Source of the DNA: Nematocida ausubeli
Taxonomy: Eukaryota
Direction of reading: 5' to 3'
Length of the DNA stretch: 64,000 bases
Assembly: GCF_000738915.1 (NCBI RefSeq)
Contig: NW_026515638.1
Coordinates: 270,882-334,881 of the forward strand
Below, in pieces: positions 1-10,288 of this stretch. A program made the translations under genes and the position numbers. Every line of letters begins with the position of its first letter. The first letter of the stretch is position 1. Under the pieces are notes generated by a model that saw nothing but the letters and a program-made list of their open reading frames with translations, had not been told where the DNA came from and made no database searches.

Positions 1-1133
1 TGTTATTCTGGCTGCGTGTGTTATTCTGGCTGCAGGTGCTATTTTTCTGACATGTGTTATTTTGCTGGTCATGATGGTCATGATCAGAATGTGAAGAATG
101 AGGAGAATGGTCATGATGTGGAGGATGAGAATGGTCATGGTGGGGAGGATGAGAATGGTCATGAGGAGGATGAGAATGGTTATGGTGTGGAGAGTGCGGA
201 GAATGTGGAGAATGCGGAGAATGGTCATGGTGGGGAGAGTGTGGAGAATGAGGTGAATGCGGAGAATGAGGTGAATGGTCATGATGGGGAGAATGGTCAT
301 GGTGAGGATGGTCTTTGGTCTGAGGCATGCCACTCTGCGGGCCAAAGGATTGAGGCATGCCTCTGATGTAGTTATTTACAGTAGTTTTATTATTATTGGT
401 ACTGTTGTTTTTAATATTACTATTATTATTTTGTTTGTCTGAGATTGATAAAGAACTTCCTTTGTCCGATGGATTTTGGTCATGTTTCTTATTTGAATTT
501 TCACGAAAGTCCTTTTCATTTTCAAATCCATGATAATTATTTACAATATTTTCATTGTTCTTTACATCCTTATTATCTATATTCAAATTATTGTTTACTT
601 CTTTACTCAATTTTATATCAGATTTACCATCCTTAGGTTGGCTTCCAGGAGATCCGCCAAGGTGCTTAGGATCTGACCCGGATATGCCTTGGCCAAAACC
701 ACCTGGAGGAGATCCACCNNNNNNNNNNNNNNNNNNNNNNNNNNNNNNNNNNNNNNNNNNNNNNNNNNNNNNNNNNNNNNNNNNNNNNNNNNNNNNNNNN
801 NNNNNNNNNNNNNNNNNNNNNNNNNNNNNNNNNNNNNNNNNNNNNNNNNNNNNNNNNNNNNNNNNNNNNNNNNNNNNNNNNNNNNNNNNNNNNNNNNNNN
901 NNNNNNNNNNNNNNNNNNNNNNNNNNNNNNNNNNNNNNNNNNNNNNNNNNNNNNNNNNNNNNNCCACCAAGGTGCTTAGGATCTGACCCAGAAATACTCT
1001 GGCCTATTCCAGGAGATCCACCTGGAGCTTGATTGACTATTTGCGGATTTATTACATTAACCTCGGCAGCAACACTATATAAGCATGCGTACACAGCTAA
1101 TATTTTGATTGTATTTCTTAAATGAATATTCAT
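1..1133 (-). CDS. Secreted Gly/Pro-repeat, Asn-rich, His/Pro/Ser-repeat protein; spans the assembly gap and runs off the left edge (partial)
   Basis: ATG at 1133 gives a signal peptide MNIHLRNTIKILAVYACLYSVAA then ...SGSDPKHLGG up to the gap. After the gap the minus frame from 718 is open to base 1: GGSPPGGFGQGISGSDPKHLGGSPG...NNN-rich...DHPHHDHSPHHDHSPHSPHSP...QQNNTCQKNSTCSQNN. The frame offset across the gap is attributed to the estimated gap size. Confidence 0.8.
62..312 (-). repeat. Low-complexity coding tandem repeat (HSP / HHDHS / HSHPP units)
   Basis: Plus strand shows recurring gagaatggtcatg, gagaatgcg and gaggatgagaatg units of 9-21 bp. Confidence 0.9.
719..963. other. Assembly gap (N run), probably a collapsed ~60-bp coding repeat
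   Basis: Both flanks carry ccaaggtgcttaggatctgaccc (encoding SGSDPKHLG). Confidence 0.85.
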
Positions 1134-1225
1134 ATTCAGTAATTACTCAAGTCTATTTATATGTTAAAATAGAGAAAATGATATACGTATAAATAAGGAG
1201 AAAGTCGTACTATTGGTTTATTTGA

Positions 1226-2401
1226 TCAGTAGTAGAACACATGCTCTGAATTCTTCTTTTCAACTATCCTGGCGTATGCAGCTTCAAAGTCATTCTGGGA
1301 AACCATGTATCTTCCGTTACGCACAGCCAGCATTCCTGCCTCCTGGCATATAGAGTTAATTTCAGCTGCAGAGAGCTTGTCTGACCTGGAAACCAGTCCC
1401 TCCAAATTGACCTCGTTTGAAAGACTCATTTTATTGGTTATTGTTGTGAATATCATTCTTTTCTGCCTCCTATCGGGAACAGGGAATTCAATCTTTCTGT
1501 CGAGTCTGCCAGGCCGAAGAAGGGCAGGATCTATTGTGTCAGCTCTATTCGTGGCCATGATTACCTTTACATTTGTGGTCTGGTCAAACCCATCCATTTG
1601 GTTCAGAAGCTCAATTAGAACTCTCTGCACCTCTCTATCTGCGCTTGTGGCTGAGTCAAATCGAGTTGTCGCTATAGAATCCACTTCATCTATGAAGATA
1701 ATTGAAGGCGCCTTTTCAATTGCAAGTCTGAAAATGTCTCGCACCATCCTTGGGCCTTCTCCTAGATATTTCTGCACAAACTCAGAGCCATTTACCCGGA
1801 TGAATGTAGCCTTTGTGTGGTGGGCCACTGCCTTGACAAGCATGGTTTTTCCCGTACCAGGAGGCCCATACAGAAGCACCCCTCTGGGTGGCTCTATGCC
1901 TATTTGCTGGTAGAGTGCTAGGTCTGTTAGGGGAAGCTCAATTGCCTCTCGTATCTCCTGCTTTTGGCTGTCCAATCCTCCAATGTCAGCGTATGTTACA
2001 TTTGGCCTGCCCTCTTCCCCAAGCACTGAGAATATATTATCTGCTTCTGGTGGAAGGACATCTACAAGCGCGCTGGAGTGTCTGTGCAGGGCTACACTTG
2101 TGTTGGGCTTTAACAGCTCCTTGTTTACTGTGGAGAGCACCTTCACTATTGAATTAGATCCAGCTGTACTTCCAATAATAGCGGTGTCTGCATCTATTGC
2201 CTCCAAAAAGTGCCCCATTATTAGTGGAACACTCTTAACCCTTTCAATTGCCTGCTGGGATTTAAGAAACTCTTTCTTCAAGGACTTTATCTCTTCCAAA
2301 ATGTATTTCTCCTTCAAGTTGACTAGCTCTAACTCTCTTTCCATTTCTAGGCATATTTTATGCTCCAGCATTCCTTCCTCTGCAATTACCTCAGTCAGCA
2401 T
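1226..2401 (-). CDS. RPT3: 26S proteasome AAA-ATPase regulatory subunit 6B
   Basis: Walker A GPPGTGKT, Rpt3-diagnostic [17 protein letters not shown], Walker [20 protein letters not shown]. First ATG is at 2401. Confidence 0.95.
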   Translation of the reverse strand: MLTEVIAEEGMLEHKICLEMERELELVNLKEKYILEEIKSLKKEFLKSQQAIERVKSVPLIMGHFLEAIDADTAIIGSTAGSNSIVKVLSTVNKELLKPNTSVALHRHSSALVDVLPPEADNIFSVLGEEGRPNVTYADIGGLDSQKQEIREAIELPLTDLALYQQIGIEPPRGVLLYGPPGTGKTMLVKAVAHHTKATFIRVNGSEFVQKYLGEGPRMVRDIFRLAIEKAPSIIFIDEVDSIATTRFDSATSADREVQRVLIELLNQMDGFDQTTNVKVIMATNRADTIDPALLRPGRLDRKIEFPVPDRRQKRMIFTTITNKMSLSNEVNLEGLVSRSDKLSAAEINSICQEAGMLAVRNGRYMVSQNDFEAAYARIVEKKNSEHVFYY

Positions 2402-3537
2402 AATAAACAAGAAAATATTAATTTTATACAGACATACTATAGATTAAGATGCATTGCACACAGCACTCACACATCTGCCATAAACACACAAACCCAAGAA
2501 CACTTTTCAATTGCGCACAGAAAGCTCTCTAAAGCAAGCACTTTCAATAAATAAGCCACATAACTCGCACTTTACTGAACCCAACTGCAAAATACCATAG
2601 TGCTTACATAGAACGCATGTGCATGCAGTGAATAATAATACAAGAAGACAGATCGAGAAAAAATGAAAGTGCATGAATTCTGTGTATATTTATGCACTGC
2701 TAGAAATATATAGTAGAAAGACCATTTAGTACGAATAAAAGTGCTTATTTGCAAAGGTTAAAGATAAGCTATTTTCTAAAGTGACTCACAGACACATCAT
2801 ATCTTAAAAATAGACAAAAAAGAAAACCAACTAGTTTAAGCATCTTGTCCTATTTATATGCATGGAATGCCATCCAACAAAGCATTATATTTTATACTAA
2901 AAAGTAACATAGAAATCTAAGTTGCATCTTCATATAGTGTAAAGTATATATTTATTTCGGGCTATATTCCCATTATTCAGCTCCTGCTGTTTTGACTAGC
3001 ACACTTTCGTGCAGCCCGTAGCTTAAATGCCTTTATTTATGCTGCATGGAATCATACTACTTTTTGCAATTACAATTTAAATTTCATACACTACTGTAGA
3101 CAAAAATAATTATGGCTTTAGCAGGCCTATAGACATACTACAAAAACACCAAAGAGGTATGTAATTAATTATTTGGTACTAAATAGACAAAGGACTGCAT
3201 ATTATTGCAAGATAGAGCATGTAATAAGAAGGAGTCCGGAAGTCCTTTGTTTTAGACAAAAATTAGAAGAAAATGTATCTATCCATTTATATTCTATCTG
3301 GAAAAGAAGATTTTATGCTGAACGCAATGAACATGCAATAGTTCAAAGTAAAATGTAAAAAATAATCCATAATAATCTGAACATAACTCGAATAAGAATT
3401 ACATCTTTACATTAGCTATATATTATATGGAGAGTGAATAAAACCGAATTACTAAAAAATATATACCAGCTAATAAAAATAGACTGATCATAGTTAGGGG
3501 TAAAATGTAAATATGCGGAGGCGCAAATAATTTTTTT

Positions 3538-4959
3538 ATGGATACTCAAGCAGTTCAAATGCAACCGAATTATATTGAGGAGTCTGTTCCACTTGAAATG
3601 GATGAAGGCCCCCCTACAGATGCAGTTACTGCACATAAAACGACTCTCAGAGAAAGAATTTCATGCGCTCTTCTTGGAATAGTGCTGTACTTTATGGACA
3701 TACTGACCATTGGTGCAATTGGGCTAGGAAACATTTCAGGAATGGATCTGCCAAAATACAGCAAAGTGATGTTCTTAATTGGAATATGCAGCTCGCAAAT
3801 TATCTTTTTCCTTTTTTCATCATTCACAATTGGGGTTATAACTACGCCTATTTCAGAGAATTTTGTGACAATTGCAGGAGTAACAGAAGCACTCAGCCAA
3901 GTATATAAACTAGAAGGAAGCACGCTTTTTTGGACACTTTTGGTTTTCATAGCTATGTCCACTCTTATGACCAGTTTTGTCTTTTTTATTCTGTACGTTA
4001 CAGGATTCCAGAAAATACTGTCTAAAGTCCCAGCAGAAATAGGAATTGCTCTGTTCTTTGTTATAGGCTGCTTCTGCTGCATATTTGGAAATGCAAGTTC
4101 CATGAAGATAGCAGATAAAATGAGCTCAGAAATAGCCCGGTGGAGCATTCTTGTGATGTACAATGGGCTTGCTCTTGTCTCTTGGGGTGTGGCAAAGCTA
4201 ATTGCCAGGAAATTTCCAAAAATAGGACCATTTTCATACGGGCTGGTTCTTTTCGCATTAATCGGGCTTTCGTATATTCCAATTCTAGGAGTATGGGGCA
4301 GTATAGCAAATGCCAGGAAGAGTGAATTCCTTCCCCCTGGTGGAAAGAGCTTCTTCATACTGTTCGACCTTCCTTTAATGATGGAGTTTGGGCTTGACAA
4401 GGTCGCATGGAGCTGTATATTTACATTTGACATGCTTTTAAAAATGGCAAGCATTGTGATAATTAACCTTGTGCAGTTCCCAGTGAATATGCCAGCAATT
4501 AGCACTGGCTGCAGGGTGGCCCCGTCTTTAAAGAAGGAGCTTCTTGCAAACTCAGTTTCTAACTTGTTTAGTTCTGTCTTTGGGGGGTTTTCGACATATG
4601 TGGTTTCTTCATCTACAATTGCCTTGAACAAAGGTGGACCTATAACTAAAAAGATAGACGGGCTTATGTCTGTTGTGTGCTTTTTAGCTCTATATCTTGT
4701 TGGTCAGACAGCCTTTTCCTATGTCCCGCAGATATGCTTGGACATGCTTCTTCTGTTTATTGGGTTTGATATTTTAATGGACTCAGTTATAGGAATCTGG
4801 AGTAAGGGGCTATACACCATAATTTTCTCATCGGCTGTGGCTATTCCTTGCTTATATCTTAATAATCTGCCAATTGGAATGGCTGTTGGATTTGGAATAT
4901 CCCTGCTCGTCTACCTTAGAAAACTCCAAAAACAACACCTTCCTCTGTTTAAATCATAA
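3538..4959 (+). CDS. SulP/SLC26-family transporter core domain without an obvious STAS domain
   Basis: About 11-12 hydrophobic segments. KELLANSVSNLFSSVFGGFSTY resembles the SLC26 'EL.A.G..N....FGG' motif. Confidence 0.7.
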   Translation: MDTQAVQMQPNYIEESVPLEMDEGPPTDAVTAHKTTLRERISCALLGIVLYFMDILTIGAIGLGNISGMDLPKYSKVMFLIGICSSQIIFFLFSSFTIGVITTPISENFVTIAGVTEALSQVYKLEGSTLFWTLLVFIAMSTLMTSFVFFILYVTGFQKILSKVPAEIGIALFFVIGCFCCIFGNASSMKIADKMSSEIARWSILVMYNGLALVSWGVAKLIARKFPKIGPFSYGLVLFALIGLSYIPILGVWGSIANARKSEFLPPGGKSFFILFDLPLMMEFGLDKVAWSCIFTFDMLLKMASIVIINLVQFPVNMPAISTGCRVAPSLKKELLANSVSNLFSSVFGGFSTYVVSSSTIALNKGGPITKKIDGLMSVVCFLALYLVGQTAFSYVPQICLDMLLLFIGFDILMDSVIGIWSKGLYTIIFSSAVAIPCLYLNNLPIGMAVGFGISLLVYLRKLQKQHLPLFKS

Positions 4960-5472
4960 AAAGAGGCACTCTTATAGACAAATCCCAGTATAGCATATTA
5001 ATATTCTTATAAATACATTGGCACTAAATATGTTTTTTCTTTTACCTTCTTCTTGTTATTGTCTGGCTGTATTTTTCTCATACGCACTAATTTCATGTAT
5101 TTCTATGAAAAGACAGAAGGCCCTTTGCATGAACTGTCTACATACACATTTCACGTATATATTCAGAGACATAGTGTGTGAATTCGTGCTACATTGGGTT
5201 ATATCTGATATTCATATAAACCGCCTGTTTATAGATGCAGTGCATACACGTATATGCATTTATCCTATAAAGCCCACTTCTGCTATACTTAGCCACACTC
5301 GAGTGTAATTAGCTAGACTACTCCCAGAACTTAAGGGCAAAGAAGTTTTTGCTTTTGAACAGGATTCTATGGATCTTTCTGAATCTGCTTTATAAAGCAT
5401 GTTTCTTTTTATGAAAATATGGATCCATAAACAATCTACATATGAAAATATTTTTAGCCTTATTTTTTTACT

Positions 5473-6795
5473 ATGGAAAACAAAGAAAAAGTCCTTTACA
5501 CTCTTGTTGGAACTCGAGGAGGCGTTGTTCTGGGGGAGACTGGGTCAATGCCTGGGTATCTAGAGAGCTTTCTTCAGAAGATGCAGGCATTCTCAACGAT
5601 AAAATCAGTAAAGGTTAGAAATGATAGGATAACATATACCTTCGGAGTATCTAACATATATTTGGTTGTGTATAAAGAGGCAGAGATTGAGAAAGAAATT
5701 GAAAGTGCTGTAATGGATGCAAAAGACAAGACAGAAAAAAGTGAAGGCGCAAAAGTTCTGTTTGGCATATTCAAAGGGAAAGAAGACGAGGACGCGGTAG
5801 ACTGCACAGAAAGTAGTCAGAAAGAGGTGGCTGCGATAGATGACTCAGATACAGAGGAAGAAACAACAGGATGGGATAAGTGGAAAAAACCAAGGAATCT
5901 TCTTAATTTTTTGACTGCAAAAAAGGAAGTAAGCGAGAAGTCAATTCAGGACCATCTTCTGACAAGAAATGTTCCGTACGTTTTGAGCAGAAAAATAGCA
6001 TGCGACATAACAAAGGTGATGAAAAATGAAGAGAAAACAGGCAGTATGTCTGAAAATGAAAAGCTAAGGCACGGGTTCAAGCAAGTTTTATCTGAGATAG
6101 TTCCTACACTCTCTCCAGAGAAGATTATTGAGGAAATACATAGTCACAAGAGAAATGGAAAGGGCCCGTATGTATTCTGCATGGTGGGCGTGAATGGCGT
6201 AGGGAAATCAACCACGCTTTCAAAGCTGTGCCTATGGATCCTTAAAAATGGATTTAGAATATGCGTGGGCGCATGTGATGGGTTCAGAAGTGGTGCAATT
6301 GAGCAGCTGGAAAAGTATGTCTTAAGGTACCAGGCAAGAGGGCATGCCATATCCCTGTATGAAAAGGGATACAAGAAGGATGAGTCTTCAATTGCAGGAA
6401 AGGCAATTGCGCATGCGCAGCAGCACGGGTTTGATGTGGTATTGATAGATACGTGTGGTAGAATGCCAGGAAACACGCAGTCCATGCTTTCTCTGTCAAA
6501 GCTAATCAGAGTCTCAAAGCCAAATAAGATATTCTATGTAGGCGAGGCTTTGGTGGGAAATGACTCAATTGAGCAAATTAAAGGATTTAATGAATATATT
6601 GAAAGAGCATGTGTGGACAAGTCAATAGATGGTATTGTAGTTACTAAATGCGATGCAGTAGATGAGAAGATTGGAACAATAGTTGGCCTTGCCCATACAG
6701 TAGACAAGCCTGTTGTTTTTATAGGAGTAGGCCAAAAGAATGTTGACTTGCTGCCCTTTGACATAGACAGCTTGTGCGAAGCACTCTATATATAA
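5473..6795 (+). CDS. SRP101: Signal recognition particle receptor alpha subunit (SRP GTPase)
   Basis: GVNGVGKSTTLSKL, ACDGFRSGAIEQL, DTCGR, VGEALVGNDS, TKCD and FIGVGQ motifs. Confidence 0.93.
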   Translation: MENKEKVLYTLVGTRGGVVLGETGSMPGYLESFLQKMQAFSTIKSVKVRNDRITYTFGVSNIYLVVYKEAEIEKEIESAVMDAKDKTEKSEGAKVLFGIFKGKEDEDAVDCTESSQKEVAAIDDSDTEEETTGWDKWKKPRNLLNFLTAKKEVSEKSIQDHLLTRNVPYVLSRKIACDITKVMKNEEKTGSMSENEKLRHGFKQVLSEIVPTLSPEKIIEEIHSHKRNGKGPYVFCMVGVNGVGKSTTLSKLCLWILKNGFRICVGACDGFRSGAIEQLEKYVLRYQARGHAISLYEKGYKKDESSIAGKAIAHAQQHGFDVVLIDTCGRMPGNTQSMLSLSKLIRVSKPNKIFYVGEALVGNDSIEQIKGFNEYIERACVDKSIDGIVVTKCDAVDEKIGTIVGLAHTVDKPVVFIGVGQKNVDLLPFDIDSLCEALYI

Positions 6796-7426
6796 CTTGA
6801 AGATGCATCATTCTTATTGGTGCCTACTGTTGTACACATAGACTCTATATGCGCCTTTTACTTGCAGTAGATAGAAGTACTGTGAGAAAGGTTCAATAAT
6901 AAACTAGTCTTTGGCTATTCAGTGCGTCCCTTATTGTAATGCGCTATGTGTGCAGTTGTATAGTAAAATTCATGCAGTGTAAATGTATAATGGATAGATT
7001 CCGGTTAGCAAAGTGCAGGCAGACATCTGCTTTATCTAAAGAGCAAGAGAGGACTGTGTATTTATATATGGCTCTAATTAGTGTCTGCTAGCAAGGAATA
7101 CATTCTGGATATTTTCTGAATACCAGGCTATAAAAAGTGGTCTATATATTGAATAGTCTTTTGAATAAAAGAGTCTTAATCTTAAATATGAAAAGAAGGC
7201 GGAGATATTTTATATGCATATTCCTTTACTTAGCACTCTTCCACCAAGAATACTGTTTTTTTACTAGTTTCTTCTTTATAATAATGTGGTTTTCCCATCC
7301 GAGGCTGCAAAATCTCTGTACAGAATTGAATTAAATGAAAAGACATGTGGTGTGCACATAGAACCAAAATATAAGACTTGGGGTATATGCAAGTACGAAA
7401 TGGCTCTCATAGTAGAATGATGTTTA

Positions 7427-10288
7427 TTACAGCTCTATCTGGTATGTATTTGTGCTAAGAAGTGATGCGTGTCCTATGAACATACGCACAGTAATCTTAG
7501 CAAGGCTGGCATCGCTTGGATTACTTATACTGGATTTTCTAATTGTCTCTAGCGGTATTTTCATGTCTATGAGCACGTTCTTTGTTCTATCTGCTGGAAT
7601 AACTCTAGCACATACGGGAGTGTCATTAACAGAGATTGATACAACAGTGCTCTCAGCATTCTTTATAGATAAGTCAATTTCCGTGCTGCTTCCGATTATG
7701 AAAGGACTTCTACTTGGCTTTGGGGTTGTAGAAACTGAAGACTTGAAGTAAATGAACTGCGCGTCTTTCTCTAAGCTGATCTTTTCATGGTACACGAAAA
7801 GGTCTGTGTCCTCCTCCAAGACGGAGTTGTAGTCTAGGCACTTTCCAAGCCCATTCAAGAAGAATCCTTCCTTTTGCTTTTCTCCTTTCTGTATCACTCC
7901 CTCTGCCTCCATCTTGCGAAGAAGAGTTTTGTGGTGCCGAGCTGCAGCCTGCACTTCTGTCAGGAAAGGCAGCTCTTTCTTAATAATTGCAGTTCTTAAC
8001 TGTACAATTGTTTTGAGATACTCGTCGGATATATCACTGTAGTTGGTTGGAAGCACTGCATTGTATGTTTCAACAGCAGAAGATGAGACTGCATGTAGAA
8101 TAGACGGATTCATGTTGTCTAAGAAGTACTGCGCAAGAATATAGAAGTTGTAGTAGTACTTTCTGTAGTACTCTACCATGTGTACCTTGGCCTTTATGTA
8201 TTTCTGGTCTGCCAGTTTTTGGACTTCCTTTGCGCTCTTTTTCAGCCCCAATATATTCTCAAGGGCCGTTGGCTTTATTTTCTTTGGGTCTTTTTTGGCC
8301 TTTAAGGCATCCTTCAGATCATTCTCAAGGTCCTTCTCCTGGACAGACATTCCCTTCTTTCCACGGACTTTGGGGAAGTACTGCAGAATGCTCTTCAGTG
8401 CTGCCTTCTCATCCGCGGTGAAACTTGCTGCAATTGCCCCTATTTTCCGGATTTTCTCCTGGAACTCCTCTTGGAATGATGCAACAGGCTTGCATATTTG
8501 GTCGTTTGTGTATTGATTCATTGGATTATATCCTGACTTTAAGGTCTTGTTTACAAATTCCTCCTCTAAGAACGCTCCATTCCCATTAACATCAGTAAAC
8601 ACAGTTGCAGTCTCGCAGTATGCATCGAAGAACTTCTGATAGAAGGTGTCTCTTCTGACATTAACTAGCTCTTTGTCTATGCTTAGCGGTCTATCTCCCA
8701 TGACTGGGGATACTCCATAGCTCTCAAAGGAAATGGTCTTTGTTGATGCCATGTCCTTTCCGTTGGTAGTGAAGAACATGCAAGAGTATGCACCAAACAG
8801 CACAAAAAGTACGTTTATCAAAAGCCCATATACAGCTGTTAGTGCATTTCCAGTGCTGCGCCCAGATACAGTAGTCCCTGCGCCTGTTGGTGTCTTCCTG
8901 AAAAGCATCTTCATCAAAGTAAGCGGATAGAGTACAACGCTAGCTGCCCGGGACAAAATGCTTGGTGCTGGCTGCGCATTTGGCGAAGTTACAGCATACA
9001 GATTTGTAGTAATTCCCAGGCAGTAGTACAAAAGTGTGTCTATCACGTACAGCACCTTGGACAGAGCCCACTTGCCTAGATTTAGTACGAATCCATATAT
9101 CTTTAATGGCTTGAGGGCCACAGCACATACTATACCTGCTAGCACATTTACAATTGCACCGGCAAACACAACAATAGATGCTAAAATGCTATCCATGAAA
9201 ACAAGTGCCTTATAGACAACCGATGCAATCTGCACAAAGATTCTATTAGAGTTAGACACCTCCAACGGATCTACTCCTATCGATTTCAAAATGTACTCTC
9301 CCACTGCTCTTGGTCTCAGTGCCATGTACACCGTGTTCACTACATAAATACTGCTGTCCACTACATATCCAAGGCCACTTGATATGGTTGCAAAGATTGG
9401 GGACTCGTTTGTAACCTTAATTCCTAGCTGGCTTAATATAATCGGATTGTCTGTATACCATGCAGAGAAGTACAGTACCCCCATGCCTATCACTACTGTT
9501 GGTATTAATACTTTTGTCAGCCTAATAGCTACCATGTATATTCTACTTGGCTTCTTAAGTAGACCTACAATCTTTCTGTACACATATCCAACGCCCGGTA
9601 TCTTTTGTACGTTCTCATCCAGATAGTGCGAGTTAATTGCGCAGAAAAGAACTAATGGAAGCATAATAAATGCAAGCGGGCTGTATATAAGTGCTGCCAG
9701 AATGATACTCACCAGTGTGAAGTAGTGCACAAGCATTGTGGCACTTTGGTTCTTTACAATTGTCTCCAGCCTAAGCATTCCAAGAATGCAGAAAGAGACT
9801 CCTGCAGAGATCAGAACTGTATACACATAAGGCGGCATATTTGGGTTGCTCATTACAAACACCGCTAAACCCACTGCTCCAATGATTGAAGCCAAGTGCT
9901 TAAACATCTTCTCTCCTCTAAGCATAAAGGCTGTGCCTACTGCCATAATCATGCACATTGGACTTGCTGCCACACCTCCCAAGATAACCACCCCAAGCGT
10001 GCCCAGGACAGTCTCTAACATAGCAAGATTCTTTTTTTGCTTATTGCTGTATACTTCTTCTGTTTCATATGCATACGCAACTGCCTTCATTAAAACAAGT
10101 GTGATTGTCATCGTTAAAAGCAGAAAATCAAGCACTGCGCCCTGTTTTAAAACAGTTAGCATGGCCCTTCCTCTTTCTGTGTATGAAAATAGTGCTCCTG
10201 CAGCTATAACAGAGAAATTTATCCCTGCTATAGGCAGTTTCCGCTCTATTGATCTCATTACACTTTCTCCTAGTTGCGAACTCCCCAT
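7427..10288 (-). CDS. Hypothetical polytopic membrane protein, 953 aa (hydrophobic N-half, soluble C-half)
   Basis: Long uninterrupted ORF with many hydrophobic helices in the first ~500 aa. No family recognised. Confidence 0.85.
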   Translation of the reverse strand: MGSSQLGESVMRSIERKLPIAGINFSVIAAGALFSYTERGRAMLTVLKQGAVLDFLLLTMTITLVLMKAVAYAYETEEVYSNKQKKNLAMLETVLGTLGVVILGGVAASPMCMIMAVGTAFMLRGEKMFKHLASIIGAVGLAVFVMSNPNMPPYVYTVLISAGVSFCILGMLRLETIVKNQSATMLVHYFTLVSIILAALIYSPLAFIMLPLVLFCAINSHYLDENVQKIPGVGYVYRKIVGLLKKPSRIYMVAIRLTKVLIPTVVIGMGVLYFSAWYTDNPIILSQLGIKVTNESPIFATISSGLGYVVDSSIYVVNTVYMALRPRAVGEYILKSIGVDPLEVSNSNRIFVQIASVVYKALVFMDSILASIVVFAGAIVNVLAGIVCAVALKPLKIYGFVLNLGKWALSKVLYVIDTLLYYCLGITTNLYAVTSPNAQPAPSILSRAASVVLYPLTLMKMLFRKTPTGAGTTVSGRSTGNALTAVYGLLINVLFVLFGAYSCMFFTTNGKDMASTKTISFESYGVSPVMGDRPLSIDKELVNVRRDTFYQKFFDAYCETATVFTDVNGNGAFLEEEFVNKTLKSGYNPMNQYTNDQICKPVASFQEEFQEKIRKIGAIAASFTADEKAALKSILQYFPKVRGKKGMSVQEKDLENDLKDALKAKKDPKKIKPTALENILGLKKSAKEVQKLADQKYIKAKVHMVEYYRKYYYNFYILAQYFLDNMNPSILHAVSSSAVETYNAVLPTNYSDISDEYLKTIVQLRTAIIKKELPFLTEVQAAARHHKTLLRKMEAEGVIQKGEKQKEGFFLNGLGKCLDYNSVLEEDTDLFVYHEKISLEKDAQFIYFKSSVSTTPKPSRSPFIIGSSTEIDLSIKNAESTVVSISVNDTPVCARVIPADRTKNVLIDMKIPLETIRKSSISNPSDASLAKITVRMFIGHASLLSTNTYQIEL

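Noticed and set aside
16..366. Plus-strand 116-aa ORF (ENGHG repeats)
   Set aside because: It starts at GTG and is the antisense shadow of the His-rich repeat. The minus frame is longer and connects to a signal peptide.
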